From a virus (Duplodnaviria; Caudoviricetes), in the IMG/VR virus record IMGVR_UViG_3300023174_000218, positions 1 through 53,744 of that record: a stretch of DNA of 53,744 nucleotides; one strand, written 5' to 3'. Positions 9,374 to 18,987 of this stretch are shown piece after piece (the stretch's first letter is position 1; the number at the start of each line of letters is the position of its first letter). Under the pieces are notes generated by a model. The model had not been told where the DNA came from. It was given only the letters and a program-made list of their open reading frames with translations, and did not search any database. The translations under genes and the position numbers were made by a program.

Positions 9374-10338
9374 AAAAATGCCATCTCCCCAAAGACAGAA
9401 TGTTTTGCCTTCTCTATACCCATTATAACTTGTTCTGCAGGCATATCGCCAATATCTTTATAATCTCCGTCGTACTTAAAAAAGAAACATTCAAGCCCCT
9501 CTTTCTTTGTACGAGCAAGCATGTCACGGGAAGCTTTCTCACCAGCAGGATCCATCTTTGGATTATCAAATGCAATAATGAGTTTATCTGCACGACGCAT
9601 TAGATCTACTTGATCCTGGCTGATAGATGCACCAAAAGTTGAGACACCACCTTCAATTTCCAATGACGATAGTTTTACTACGTCTAAAGGAGACTCAACT
9701 ATGATCATAGTGCCACTGCTCCAGACATCTAAACCAAATAAAGTTTTAGACTTTTGCACACCGGTAGGGCGATTACGAAAGTATCGGTTTACTTGACCCT
9801 TCTCTTGCCAACCCATAAGCTTATTGTTTTGTGGGTTACGAATAGGTGTGATCCAACCCTGTTGCTTAGTGTCCCACTTAACCGTATGCTTTGCACAAGC
9901 CTCTGCGGTTAGGTTTCTTGCATCTAATGCCCACTGTGGTGGCACATCAAATACAGCAAGTCTAGCTTCACTCATTTCAATTAAAGGTTGTACCGGAATG
10001 TAAGTGTTCTTAGCTTCTTCTAATTGTTTTGCTATGAGTTCAAAGTTAACCTCAATATTTTGACGTAACCAATCCTTGGCTGCTTCAAAATCAAGACGAC
10101 CCCACTGAGTTTCAAACTCGTTAATCTCTGCAACGAGAGTGAGCAGAGTGCCCCGGTATCCACACGAGAAGCAATGATGGACACCGGTCTCTACATTCAT
10201 TGACCATGAAGGACGAGAGTCTGGACGACCAGTACGCTCTAAGTGCATAGGACATAGACCAAGCAGTTCATCCCTGCGTTGATCGGTATCAATACCTAGC
10301 CTTAGTAGTACAGACTCTACATCGCCCTCACGATACAT
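9370..10338 (-). CDS. DNA primase (CHC2 Zn finger + TOPRIM)
   Basis: CPMH...D..PSW...HCFSCG; IIVESPLDV; AFDN; KDIGD. Confidence 0.9.
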   Translation of the reverse strand: MYREGDVESVLLRLGIDTDQRRDELLGLCPMHLERTGRPDSRPSWSMNVETGVHHCFSCGYRGTLLTLVAEINEFETQWGRLDFEAAKDWLRQNIEVNFELIAKQLEEAKNTYIPVQPLIEMSEARLAVFDVPPQWALDARNLTAEACAKHTVKWDTKQQGWITPIRNPQNNKLMGWQEKGQVNRYFRNRPTGVQKSKTLFGLDVWSSGTMIIVESPLDVVKLSSLEIEGGVSTFGASISQDQVDLMRRADKLIIAFDNPKMDPAGEKASRDMLARTKKEGLECFFFKYDGDYKDIGDMPAEQVIMGIEKAKHSVFGEMAFL

Positions 10339-10339
10339 G

Positions 10340-10558
10340 TTAGTCCTCTTCTGTATATTCTTCTTTAGGTCGATCAGCCATCATTATATAATCTTCTGGC
10401 ATGTCTGGCAAAGTTGGTGCGGTAGCTTTAGTACCACACTCTGCACATTCCATATCTAAGAAGTACATTGAAACTTCATAGTCTTGAAACATGGCTTTAA
10501 TATTCCAAAGCATTGAGCCACAAGGACAAACGTGAGTTGGTTCCCCACGCACGTCCAT
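10340..10558 (-). CDS. small Zn-ribbon protein
   Basis: HVCPCGS...MECAECG. Confidence 0.7.
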   Translation of the reverse strand: MDVRGEPTHVCPCGSMLWNIKAMFQDYEVSMYFLDMECAECGTKATAPTLPDMPEDYIMMADRPKEEYTEED

Positions 10559-10578
10559 TGCATTTGTGTAATCTGGTT

Positions 10579-10830
10579 TTAAATCACTGATGTCTTTAAT
10601 AATCTTTTCCTTTCATGCGGTGTTGTTCCTGCCCAAATGCCCTCTAGATTTGGGATCTGTATTGCGTATTCAAAACACTCTTTTTTCATCCAGCAATCTC
10701 CACAAATTTTTTTAGCAACTTTTACTGCCGTATGATTTGTGTACTTCTCTGGAAAAAAAAGTTCTGGGTCTTCACCAGCACAAAGCTGAGTTCCGTTAAA
10801 AGGGTTTGATTGGAGTGCCAAAGGATCCAT
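10579..10830 (-). CDS. whiB: WhiB-family transcription factor (copy 2)
   Basis: CAGEDPELFFP...AKKICGDCWMKKECFEYA...GIWAGTTPHER; start trimmed to MDPLAL. Confidence 0.9.
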   Translation of the reverse strand: MDPLALQSNPFNGTQLCAGEDPELFFPEKYTNHTAVKVAKKICGDCWMKKECFEYAIQIPNLEGIWAGTTPHERKRLLKTSVI

Positions 10831-12040
10831 ATTCTTCAAACCGCCCTTCTTCCCAGTCCCATAAAAGATCGCTAGTTGCTGGACCAGAGTTACGGCTTGC
10901 AACAATACGAAGTTCACGAGATGAATCATCTTCTTCATCTTGACGTTGCAAACCAAGAATCACATCAGAGTCTTGGAAAAACGAGGATGAATAACCAATC
11001 GCATCTGCAGATACCTGTCGCTTCTTCATCTTCCAAAGAAGAACTTGGGTGGACACCACAATTGGAATATTAGCTTTTTGTGCTAAACGTTTTAAGTTAC
11101 GAGTAATACTTGTCAAAGCTTGTGGAGTATTAGATTCTCCACTTGCCTCATCAACCATAAGATATACACCGTCAACAAAAACAATGTCTGGTTTAATTTT
11201 TTCAATCTTTGCAGCCAATCCAGTAACTGTCATTGCAGAAGTACTATCTGTAAGATAAAACTTTTGCATAGTTTCCATACGCTCTAAAGAAGCTTTATAT
11301 CTACGTTCTTCTTCTAAATTTAAATTTCCTCTTACTAGACGAGAGTGTGCAATCTTGGCACGCATAGCATCGTGACGATGTTGCTGTTCGATGTTGCTCA
11401 TCTCAAAAGATTGAAACATTGGGACATGTCCGTCTTCATGAACGTTAACTGCAATCTGCATTGCAAGCACAGACTTACCTGTTTTAGGCGGAGCAATGAT
11501 TGTAATAAGCTGACCATTTTGCAAACCAGCAGTTGCCTCATCAATAGTTCTAAATCCTGTGCGATAGCCAAGTAGGGCGCCATCACGAGTTTTAATATCT
11601 AAATATTCTTGATAACGTTTATCAGGATCTTTAGTCAAATCTAAATCGCTAGATTGAGAAACACCTTCATCATAAATAGTTGCAATTCCAGAACTCATCT
11701 CTGCAATAGCACCATCGTGGTTACCGGAAGCAATAAGCTCTGCAGCAGATTGAACTACTTCAATAGCTTTTTGACGTCTTCTATATTCAACTAATTGATC
11801 TACTAAATAGTCTAAGGAATCTTCTACAGCAAGCAAACGGTATGTAGGGAAGTTATCCTTAACAGTTACTGCGCTAGGGATCTCTTGGTAACGAGTCCAG
11901 TGAGTTCGGATAAATTTCCATACAGCACGGTTTTCATCAACAAAGAACCAACTATCGTCTACACCTTTTTCTAAGGCAGGGATAATTTCTCGAGTTCTTA
12001 CAACCCGAGATATTAATCTCTCTTCATTATCTGCTGCCAC
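10796..12040 (-). CDS. dnaB: DnaB-like replicative helicase
   Basis: TGFRTID...GLQNGQLITIIAPPKTGKS, SFEMS, VFVDGVYLM, LKRLA, QDSDVIL, SRN. Confidence 0.92.
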   Translation of the reverse strand: MAADNEERLISRVVRTREIIPALEKGVDDSWFFVDENRAVWKFIRTHWTRYQEIPSAVTVKDNFPTYRLLAVEDSLDYLVDQLVEYRRRQKAIEVVQSAAELIASGNHDGAIAEMSSGIATIYDEGVSQSSDLDLTKDPDKRYQEYLDIKTRDGALLGYRTGFRTIDEATAGLQNGQLITIIAPPKTGKSVLAMQIAVNVHEDGHVPMFQSFEMSNIEQQHRHDAMRAKIAHSRLVRGNLNLEEERRYKASLERMETMQKFYLTDSTSAMTVTGLAAKIEKIKPDIVFVDGVYLMVDEASGESNTPQALTSITRNLKRLAQKANIPIVVSTQVLLWKMKKRQVSADAIGYSSSFFQDSDVILGLQRQDEEDDSSRELRIVASRNSGPATSDLLWDWEEGRFEEYGSFGTPIKPF

Positions 12041-12443
12041 CGGCTGCCCCCATATCTAAATACCAATGCCCATAACGTAGCCCACGTTCGGGTATATCAA
12101 TAACATGCTTTAGCTCTGGTCTATATGGTAACTCTGCAACAAGATCCGCAGGTACCCTATAAGCTTTTGAATAATTAAAAGGATTAGTTCCAAGATTATC
12201 TAGATCTTCAAGAACCTCATCCATTTCTTTTTGAGTAAATCCGTACCCTACTAATTCTAATGTGTATGAGTAGGTTTCTGCAAATCGCCAAAATAAAGAA
12301 AGCGACTGTCTATTGTACGTAGTTTCTTCACCACTAACCGCCACACCAAATACCTTTTTAAAAGTGGGCCTGCGATCAAGAATGCAGTCCAAAGTAACCA
12401 CAACCCGCATAGGAGTTTCATTTGATATATCGCCCCCTTTCAC
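12027..12443 (-). CDS. hypothetical protein
   Basis: 138 aa ORF inside the replication operon. Confidence 0.7.
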   Translation of the reverse strand: MKGGDISNETPMRVVVTLDCILDRRPTFKKVFGVAVSGEETTYNRQSLSLFWRFAETYSYTLELVGYGFTQKEMDEVLEDLDNLGTNPFNYSKAYRVPADLVAELPYRPELKHVIDIPERGLRYGHWYLDMGAAGGSR

Positions 12444-12445
12444 AG

Positions 12446-12745
12446 TTACAGTACTTCGATCTTGCCGTATTTCAATAGAAAGTTTCTAAACATAATTGGA
12501 TCTAAACTTGCCATCTCTGCTGCTAATGGGGGAGCCTTAGTAGATATTTCTACTGGATATACTCCAAAATTATTTTTCATACGTTCTGAAACATATCGAG
12601 TGTGCTTGCACATGCTGCGAGTGTTAAAGCCTTCGCAATTACAACGCAACTTTTTGTTATCTATATTAATCCAAACTTCATGAGGTCCAGAGTCAGACAA
12701 AAATAACTGCGTAACTTGCCATGTACTCATAGTAGTTTCCTTCAT
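12446..12745 (-). CDS. SWIM zinc-finger protein
   Basis: CNCEGFNTRSMCKH (CxCxnCxH); start at the ATGA overlap. Confidence 0.75.
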   Translation of the reverse strand: MKETTMSTWQVTQLFLSDSGPHEVWINIDNKKLRCNCEGFNTRSMCKHTRYVSERMKNNFGVYPVEISTKAPPLAAEMASLDPIMFRNFLLKYGKIEVL

Positions 12746-13419
12746 GCTCGTCTGTCCCCCTGTGGCGCTTCTACTTCGATTGGTATAAATGCTTCCATAG
12801 CAAAGCTTCCCATAGGTGAACCATAAACACTTCCCCAATTTTCAAGAGGAACGTTTGTAGTTACAATCGTTGGAAGCCCTGCGTTAAATCTTGAACGTAG
12901 TAACGCATCAAATGTATTCTCTGCCCAACCTGATGCAGTTCTATATTCCTTACCGATATCATCTAGAACAAAAACTCTTACATTATTCATTCTATCCGAG
13001 TCACCATATATGCCGTCAAGTAGGTTTTGAGTAACATCATCTTCATCTGAAAACTGAGATTTCTGTAACCGCAAAAGCTTTGGATAGTCCATAAACCCGC
13101 CTATGCGGTTTGGGAGTCTTCCGGGAGTACCTAAGACGTCCCCTGAGATACCCCTAATAAGGCTCTGGAGGGCCGTAGAGGCCATAGTAGTCTTTCCGTG
13201 ACCAGGATTACCCACCAGCATAATTCCAAGCCCGCAGGAAGGCATTCCGGCCTTTTGGATAATCTCACCATTTACCACTCTAGCCACCCATTTCTTAACT
13301 GCATCAAGAGCGGGTGTGGAATCTAAATCCGAGAATTCTTTGCCAATGGTTTTCATTGGAAGGCCAGCCTGTACGATTTGTTTCCGGATGCTTGGGGCTT
13401 CTTTAGATAGATCGTACAT
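12742..13419 (-). CDS. DnaC/IstB-like AAA+ ATPase (helicase loader)
   Basis: GNPGHGKT, FVLDDIGKE, RSRFNAGLPTIVTTN. Confidence 0.88.
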   Translation of the reverse strand: MYDLSKEAPSIRKQIVQAGLPMKTIGKEFSDLDSTPALDAVKKWVARVVNGEIIQKAGMPSCGLGIMLVGNPGHGKTTMASTALQSLIRGISGDVLGTPGRLPNRIGGFMDYPKLLRLQKSQFSDEDDVTQNLLDGIYGDSDRMNNVRVFVLDDIGKEYRTASGWAENTFDALLRSRFNAGLPTIVTTNVPLENWGSVYGSPMGSFAMEAFIPIEVEAPQGDRRA

Positions 13420-14336
13420 TATTCTCCCTCTAGTAGTCGCATCATTTTTTCTTGATGAGCTTTAAATTTATCTGTTGAATAAACTGGTTGCTCTGGTTTC
13501 TTAACAATTCTTTGGATTGTTGGGTAGTACGCAAAGAACCTCTGCCACAACGGCTTACCAAGCCCAGCTTCATGCAGGTTGCGAGGATCTGCAAAGAACA
13601 TACGCATGGCTTTTAAAATCTCGTAGCGTTGAGTACCTTCGCTAAGTTCTTTGTTGATCCAAGTAGATAGATACTTGCCGTTTACCTGGTGCGATGTATT
13701 TGGAGCAGATTTCTCAACTAGGTCATAGAATTCTGCAATCAAATCTGTGGTAGACCAAAGCTCCTCGGGAGTATTAATACGGTTACGGCTACTGCGTTGA
13801 GCCTTAACTGGTTTTTTGTACTTGGCATTAAGACGAGCCTGACGGTCATCAACTTTACCTATAATGCCAGCAATAGTTTCTTCTTCGCCACGCTTTGCTT
13901 TAGGGGTTTCTTCTTCCCCATCAAGATTCCAACTCATCTCATTCTCCTTAAGGGGCGCTTGCGCCCCCATAGTTAATAATCCGTTAGGATTATTAACTAT
14001 GTTTGTACTAGTAGATATATCACTAGTACTAGTAGTTATATAGTTGTCTATGTATAGGTGCCCTGAAAACGAGGGCACGGTAGAAAGCAGCTTTTTAGCC
14101 TCGTCTGTAAATTTTAGACGGGCAATCCACTGCCCGTTATTCTGTAAACGGACAGACTTAATGTATCTAAGATCCTTAAGTTCATTGATGGCAGCCTGAA
14201 GTACATCTCGACCTTCCGAGAATTCTTCACTCTTTTTTAAATCGTCAGCAGAAAACACCCGACCCTTTTCAGCAAAGTAATAAAAAAGTGATCTGGCCCG
14301 TAAAGATAATTTTGGGTTAACAATTGGTTTTAGCAT
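13419..14336 (-). CDS. putative replication initiator
   Basis: N-terminal wHTH (NPKLSLRARSLF...EGRDVLQAAINELKDLRYI), low-complexity linker, immediately upstream of the DnaC-like loader. Confidence 0.7.
   Translation of the reverse strand: MLKPIVNPKLSLRARSLFYYFAEKGRVFSADDLKKSEEFSEGRDVLQAAINELKDLRYIKSVRLQNNGQWIARLKFTDEAKKLLSTVPSFSGHLYIDNYITTSTSDISTSTNIVNNPNGLLTMGAQAPLKENEMSWNLDGEEETPKAKRGEEETIAGIIGKVDDRQARLNAKYKKPVKAQRSSRNRINTPEELWSTTDLIAEFYDLVEKSAPNTSHQVNGKYLSTWINKELSEGTQRYEILKAMRMFFADPRNLHEAGLGKPLWQRFFAYYPTIQRIVKKPEQPVYSTDKFKAHQEKMMRLLEGE
13952..14040. repeat. inverted-repeat cluster, candidate replication origin
   Basis: GGGGCGC-TT-GCGCCCC (13952-13967); 15-bp perfect inverted repeat CATAGTTAATAATCC-GTTA-GGATTATTAACTATG (13968-14001); TACTAGTA palindromes. 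Confidence 0.5.
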
Positions 14337-14359
14337 ATAACCCTCCCTCTATATCTATC

Positions 14360-14635
14360 TTACAGTCTATCCACCCTGTTTGGCAAACCGCGGGTTTGAC
14401 GTGGAGAGATCCCTGCTAGTACTTGTTCTGTAGCAAGCGATAGGGTAAGGCCTACAAACGTAGTTGCTAATGTATAAACTACTAGATATAATAATCGTGT
14501 ATTTAAATTAAGGCATGCAAGTAAACTAAGAACCAACGCTAATAGTCCTCGCCACTTTCCTAACGGTTTGATTAAACTTTCTACAGCTGTTAGAATACAT
14601 GCTGTAGCCAGTCCTGCGATAATTACTATGCCCAT
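14360..14635 (-). CDS. small membrane protein
   Basis: 91 aa with about three hydrophobic segments. Confidence 0.65.
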   Translation of the reverse strand: MGIVIIAGLATACILTAVESLIKPLGKWRGLLALVLSLLACLNLNTRLLYLVVYTLATTFVGLTLSLATEQVLAGISPRQTRGLPNRVDRL

Positions 14636-14644
14636 AGATACATT

Positions 14645-16612
14645 CTATTCTCTAAATACAACTCTGTCAATATCGAAGGCTTGACCTGAGACATAGGTTG
14701 ATGGGCTAAAAGTAATATTTACAATTGCATATGCCGCACCTGTAATAGAACTGACTGGGAATGAGTTTCCAATATAAGCCCAACGTTCAGTATGAGTTAT
14801 GGTGGCAGTCTGTGTTCTAGCCGCAGTTGTTATAACTGTGTTATTAGCACCAGTTGCATCTTTAGAGTTTGTTGTTTTATTTCCAGTAAGATTGTCTTGA
14901 TAAACCACAATAACATTGTCATTAAGGTCATAGTAATTAACTACTAGTGAATAACTACCAAGTGAATCAGAGTTAACAGGTCTAATTGCAACTGAAGCAT
15001 AGTAACCAGCATCTGGTACTAAATAAACCTTTTCGGTTTTAATGCCAAAAGGTTTAGCAGAGCTAGAACCGGCAGTAGTAACACGACAGTATCCTTGTCC
15101 ATGAGTTAAGTTATCTGCAAATAATGTACCTTTTGCAATTCTTCTTGTTAAAGTTGAATTAACTGAAATCCAACCATTTAAATTATTTTCAAAAGAAGAA
15201 GATTTAATTTTTGCACCAGGCAGGTCTTGATACTCATCTAAAGCACTTCCTGTGTTAATACCCCAGTTAGAACCTATTGGCATAAAGTCAGATATAGTTG
15301 CATTTAAACGATTAATCTTTGTAGCATAATTAGCAAAATAACTGCTCTTTCCTCCACCAACACTTGGAATTTTAGCTGCCCAAATTGTTTTACCTGAGGT
15401 TAATGGATTAGGAATTGCAAAAGTAGATCCCAAAGTAGTATCAAGATATTGAGTTACTACACGTCCATACTCTGCATGAACACCGTCAATATGAAAATAA
15501 GTAGATGTTGATCCAACAGGGTTTGCTACCGAAATATTAAATGGTACAGTAGTTTGACCTGCTGTTAATTGAACAACAGTATGTATTCTTTTCCAATCCC
15601 CAGATTCTGCAAGAGTAATAGGAAAAGTATTAGTTCCAATAGTATAAGTAGTATGTGCTCTACGTACATATGCAGATATAATAAAATCTTCTCCGCCAAT
15701 AGCGGCTGAAGGAAGATGTGCAATACCGCTTAAAGAACCTGTAGAGATGTAAGTATTTTTACCAAAATAAAGTCCATACTTAGGTCCTAAACCACCATCT
15801 GAAGTTTCTCTAGAAAGTCCACCTGCGCCAACTGAAGTCCAGTCTGTAGTGTTAAGTTCAAATCCAGAGTTACTTACATAGTTATATACTTCTTTAGTTT
15901 CCCATTTACAATCTGCAGGGGCATAGTATTTTTGAGTTAAAGGGTCTGTAATTGTTACTCCGCCATCACCATCAAAAAATGGGTCTACTATAGTAGAGGC
16001 TTCTAACATGCCTCCATCTAACCAATAATTATCCCCAGCAACATTGTTTGTAAAATAAAAACTAACTTTAACTAAAGGGTTTCCGGCATCTTGTGAATAA
16101 GGTGGGGTAATAGCTGTAGCATAAACTTGAGTAGGGGTTGTTGTAGAAAGAGTAAATGAGTCACCATCTACAAAATACTGCGTAGTTGGATAATATTGTC
16201 CATCAGTATCAGAAAAAATAGAAGACTGTAATTGTTTAGAGGATTGATTAGAAAATTCAATTCTTACTTTAGCCGTTCTAGCAGCAGACCCCATAATATA
16301 AGCACTAGCAACAATTTGTTGTCCTGGCGCTATAGATACCCAATCAGAAATATATCCTGCTGTACCGTTAGCTGTTGAGGTTAATTTTCCTAGTTTTGTA
16401 CCATGAATTAATGCGGCTGTAGTTACGCTATCTTGGGTTAAAGTTCCATTTAAAGCATCCCAAGAAGATACTCCGTATTCCATTTCAGGATTAATAAAGT
16501 AATTTTCTTTTTCTCCTGCAACGTTAATATAAATTTTACGAGCATCTTCATACATGAGACTATGTTCTGCCTCAGCAAATTGAAGCATGTCAAAGTAAAT
16601 ATTATCAGCCAT
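14645..16612 (-). CDS. tail/baseplate protein with tandem carbohydrate-binding-like (CBM4/galactose-binding) domains
   Basis: Three repeats starting N..FE/ME....W and ending xDG/DRxxxE (WLDGGMLE, HIDGVHAE, DIDRVVFRE). Confidence 0.75.
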   Translation of the reverse strand: MADNIYFDMLQFAEAEHSLMYEDARKIYINVAGEKENYFINPEMEYGVSSWDALNGTLTQDSVTTAALIHGTKLGKLTSTANGTAGYISDWVSIAPGQQIVASAYIMGSAARTAKVRIEFSNQSSKQLQSSIFSDTDGQYYPTTQYFVDGDSFTLSTTTPTQVYATAITPPYSQDAGNPLVKVSFYFTNNVAGDNYWLDGGMLEASTIVDPFFDGDGGVTITDPLTQKYYAPADCKWETKEVYNYVSNSGFELNTTDWTSVGAGGLSRETSDGGLGPKYGLYFGKNTYISTGSLSGIAHLPSAAIGGEDFIISAYVRRAHTTYTIGTNTFPITLAESGDWKRIHTVVQLTAGQTTVPFNISVANPVGSTSTYFHIDGVHAEYGRVVTQYLDTTLGSTFAIPNPLTSGKTIWAAKIPSVGGGKSSYFANYATKINRLNATISDFMPIGSNWGINTGSALDEYQDLPGAKIKSSSFENNLNGWISVNSTLTRRIAKGTLFADNLTHGQGYCRVTTAGSSSAKPFGIKTEKVYLVPDAGYYASVAIRPVNSDSLGSYSLVVNYYDLNDNVIVVYQDNLTGNKTTNSKDATGANNTVITTAARTQTATITHTERWAYIGNSFPVSSITGAAYAIVNITFSPSTYVSGQAFDIDRVVFRE

Positions 16613-16839
16613 TAGTTATCTTCCAATGGAGTGGGATTTTCCCCATTAATTAAAATTGATAGTTCTTCTAAAGAAACAAATTTTTTGCTTTCTGCGTGAT
16701 AAGCACCACCAATAACAGCTAAGTTTTCATTAGTGTACTCAATACATGTTTTTTTAGTAACTGCTTCAGCAACTTCTTTAGAGTCACATATAATAATGTT
16801 TTCAACCATATTAGATTCATTTACTATAGCAAAGTTCAT
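16612..16839 (-). CDS. small fibre-associated protein
   Basis: MNFAIV...VENII...IEYT...A.IG..Y...KF; similar to 42042..42314. Confidence 0.7.
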   Translation of the reverse strand: MNFAIVNESNMVENIIICDSKEVAEAVTKKTCIEYTNENLAVIGGAYHAESKKFVSLEELSILINGENPTPLEDN

Positions 16840-17012
16840 TTATCTATCCTTTCGTAAAATTGATTTCCATCGTATTCTCCACCAATATAGGCAGGGCTAT
16901 TTTTTAAAGTCATTTGCACTAGTGTACACGAGTTATCTACGGTTTTTTTTTCAGTTTCCCAACAAAATCCAACAACTATTTTGTCTTTTAATACTGCATA
17001 CATTAAAGACAT
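16836..17012 (-). CDS. small fibre-associated protein (58 aa)
   Basis: Not in the ORF track: MSLMYAVLKDKIVVGFCWE...MTLKNSPAYIGGEYDGNQFYERIDK; ATGA-coupled. Confidence 0.65.
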   Translation of the reverse strand: MSLMYAVLKDKIVVGFCWETEKKTVDNSCTLVQMTLKNSPAYIGGEYDGNQFYERIDK

Positions 17013-17015
17013 ATT

Positions 17016-17744
17016 TTAATAATAAATCCATAAACCGCCAGCGCCACCTGCACCGCCGCCACCTGCAGCGCCACCACTGGTATTGTTAGCCATTCCTCCA
17101 CCGCCTCCACCGCCACCACCAGATCCATATGTGCCCGCACCACCAGTACCTCCAGTAGCACCATAGTAACCACCCGCAGTACCTGCTGCACCACCTACTG
17201 GAGAACCAGAAGGAGTTACGGTAGGAGTTGTTCCACCTGCACCACCTGCACCATTAATACCACTAGAAAGAAGTCCTGCACTACCGCTACTTGCTGTCCC
17301 AGTAGCCAGCCCACCTGCGCCAGGGGTGCCAGGATAACTTCCAGTAGCTGCACCACCTGCTGCACCACCTGATGCACCTATACCGCCAAATGCAGATAAT
17401 CCTCCAGCAGAACCAGCGCCACCAGATCCGCTTGTACCTCCTGATCCGCCTGAACCACCTGCTCCAATAATGCAAGATGAACCTGCAAAAGCAATACCAA
17501 AAGCATATTGACCAGATGCTCCGCCGCCGCCGCCTGAGCCGCCGCTAGATGTGATGCCACCTGTGGTGTTTAATCCACTACCACCTCCGCCACCACCACC
17601 ACCACCAACAATTAGCGCATAAACAATATTTATTCCAGTAGGATAAGTTAGTCCACTTTGAGTTGAGGTAATAGTCTGTCTTAAACTTGGTTGAATTGCG
17701 GTAAAAGAAGCTGAGGAACTTTCTGGAAATACGTTAAGACCCAT
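17016..17744 (-). CDS. glycine-rich adhesin-like protein
   Basis: LRQTITS...VYALIVGGGGGG...GGLWIYY; same architecture as the 42-50 kb array. Confidence 0.75.
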   Translation of the reverse strand: MGLNVFPESSSASFTAIQPSLRQTITSTQSGLTYPTGINIVYALIVGGGGGGGGGSGLNTTGGITSSGGSGGGGGASGQYAFGIAFAGSSCIIGAGGSGGSGGTSGSGGAGSAGGLSAFGGIGASGGAAGGAATGSYPGTPGAGGLATGTASSGSAGLLSSGINGAGGAGGTTPTVTPSGSPVGGAAGTAGGYYGATGGTGGAGTYGSGGGGGGGGGMANNTSGGAAGGGGAGGAGGLWIYY

Positions 17745-17821
17745 TATGCAACCTCCAATTCTGTTGTTGATACTGTAGCCAAGGTTGTGGCTATGTTTGC
17801 TAGGTCTCTTGCTTTGGACAT
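17744..17821 (-). pseudogene. 25-aa remnant of a tail fibre gene
   Basis: MSKARDLANIATTLATVSTTELEVA with its own SD (GAAGGT) and TAATG coupling to the next gene. Confidence 0.5.
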
Positions 17822-17847
17822 TAGTTACCTTCTCTCGTATTATTTGC

Positions 17848-18987
17848 TTATACTGCGGTTGAAAAAACGGTTAGTCCAGCATTAGCACTACTTAAACTTG
17901 TACTGCCAGTTACAAGAACCCAAATTCCATTACCGTACCCTAAAGATGAAATTTCCTCAACGCCTGGCGTTGTAGTTGGTGTAGCCGAAGCCGCACTTGG
18001 TATTGTTTCTATTTTTTCAATAGCAAAAGTATATCTATTGTTACTGCCAGTAGTAAATCTAGTATAAACATCTGTTGCACTGTATGTTAATAAAACTGTA
18101 AATGATTGCGAGCCATTAGCAACATTATCAAGTACATAATATTTAGAATTAACACTATCCCAAATAGGTAATATCCTATTAAGATTATTGTTGGTTGGAA
18201 ATGAACTTATTAAAAAAGAAGGAGGACTTTGTGACTCATAAGTTACTGTATCCCATTGTGTTGATACAGAAGCAGATGCTCTTCTTACGTTAGAACTTAG
18301 TGCATTAAACTTATCTGCGTGAGGCATATACCAAATATATCCACCATCTGAGGCTACATTGTACGAAGGAGCAAGAGTCCAACTAGTTCCATTTGTAGAG
18401 TAATAGGCTTGCTGATTAGCAACAGCATAATTGTGTGATGCTACTAGTACTGTTTGAGCAGTGTTTACGGCTATACTTTGAATATTATTTACTGGGCTAA
18501 GTCTTGCTGTCCAAGTAATTCCATCAGGTGATGTAGAAATTGCATTTACTGAACCACCAGCGTCACCATTTAAAACAAATAAATTTATTGACCCAGCGAC
18601 CCATATAATATCAAAAATACTACTTCCAGCAGTAATTTGGCTTGTTCTTGAAGTCCAACTACCACCTAAAGTTGTTGATGTATACAGATAACCAGTATTA
18701 CCGCCAACAACCCAAGTCGTACCATTAAAAGCAATTGCTCTTACTCTTTGATTAGCAGGAAAAATTATTTGGTAATTCCAAGTTTTTGCATCTGTGGAAT
18801 AACCAATAACGCCAGTACTAGTTCCAAAAATATAATAACCACCAAGATAATAAACTTTAGTTGAAGCAAAACCTGGGGTTTGGGCACTACGTGCTCCGCT
18901 TAGAGAGGCAAAAGAAGGAGTGCTATACCCAGTCCAAACTTTTGTTCCAGTACTAACAGTTGCTGCAGGAATTTGTTGTAATGCCAT
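17848..18987 (-). CDS. beta-propeller (Asp-box/BNR-like) receptor-binding protein
   Basis: Repeats YSTDAKTW, TSPDGITWT, YSTNGTSWT. Confidence 0.65.
   Translation of the reverse strand: MALQQIPAATVSTGTKVWTGYSTPSFASLSGARSAQTPGFASTKVYYLGGYYIFGTSTGVIGYSTDAKTWNYQIIFPANQRVRAIAFNGTTWVVGGNTGYLYTSTTLGGSWTSRTSQITAGSSIFDIIWVAGSINLFVLNGDAGGSVNAISTSPDGITWTARLSPVNNIQSIAVNTAQTVLVASHNYAVANQQAYYSTNGTSWTLAPSYNVASDGGYIWYMPHADKFNALSSNVRRASASVSTQWDTVTYESQSPPSFLISSFPTNNNLNRILPIWDSVNSKYYVLDNVANGSQSFTVLLTYSATDVYTRFTTGSNNRYTFAIEKIETIPSAASATPTTTPGVEEISSLGYGNGIWVLVTGSTSLSSANAGLTVFSTAV

Noticed and set aside
1432-12040. Inteins or introns in recA, polA, SNF2, primase or dnaB
   Set aside because: Lengths are ordinary, motifs are contiguous, and no intein splice-junction motifs were seen; both HNH genes are free-standing.
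14360-14635. Calling the small membrane protein a holin
   Set aside because: No endolysin is adjacent, and hydrophobicity alone is insufficient.
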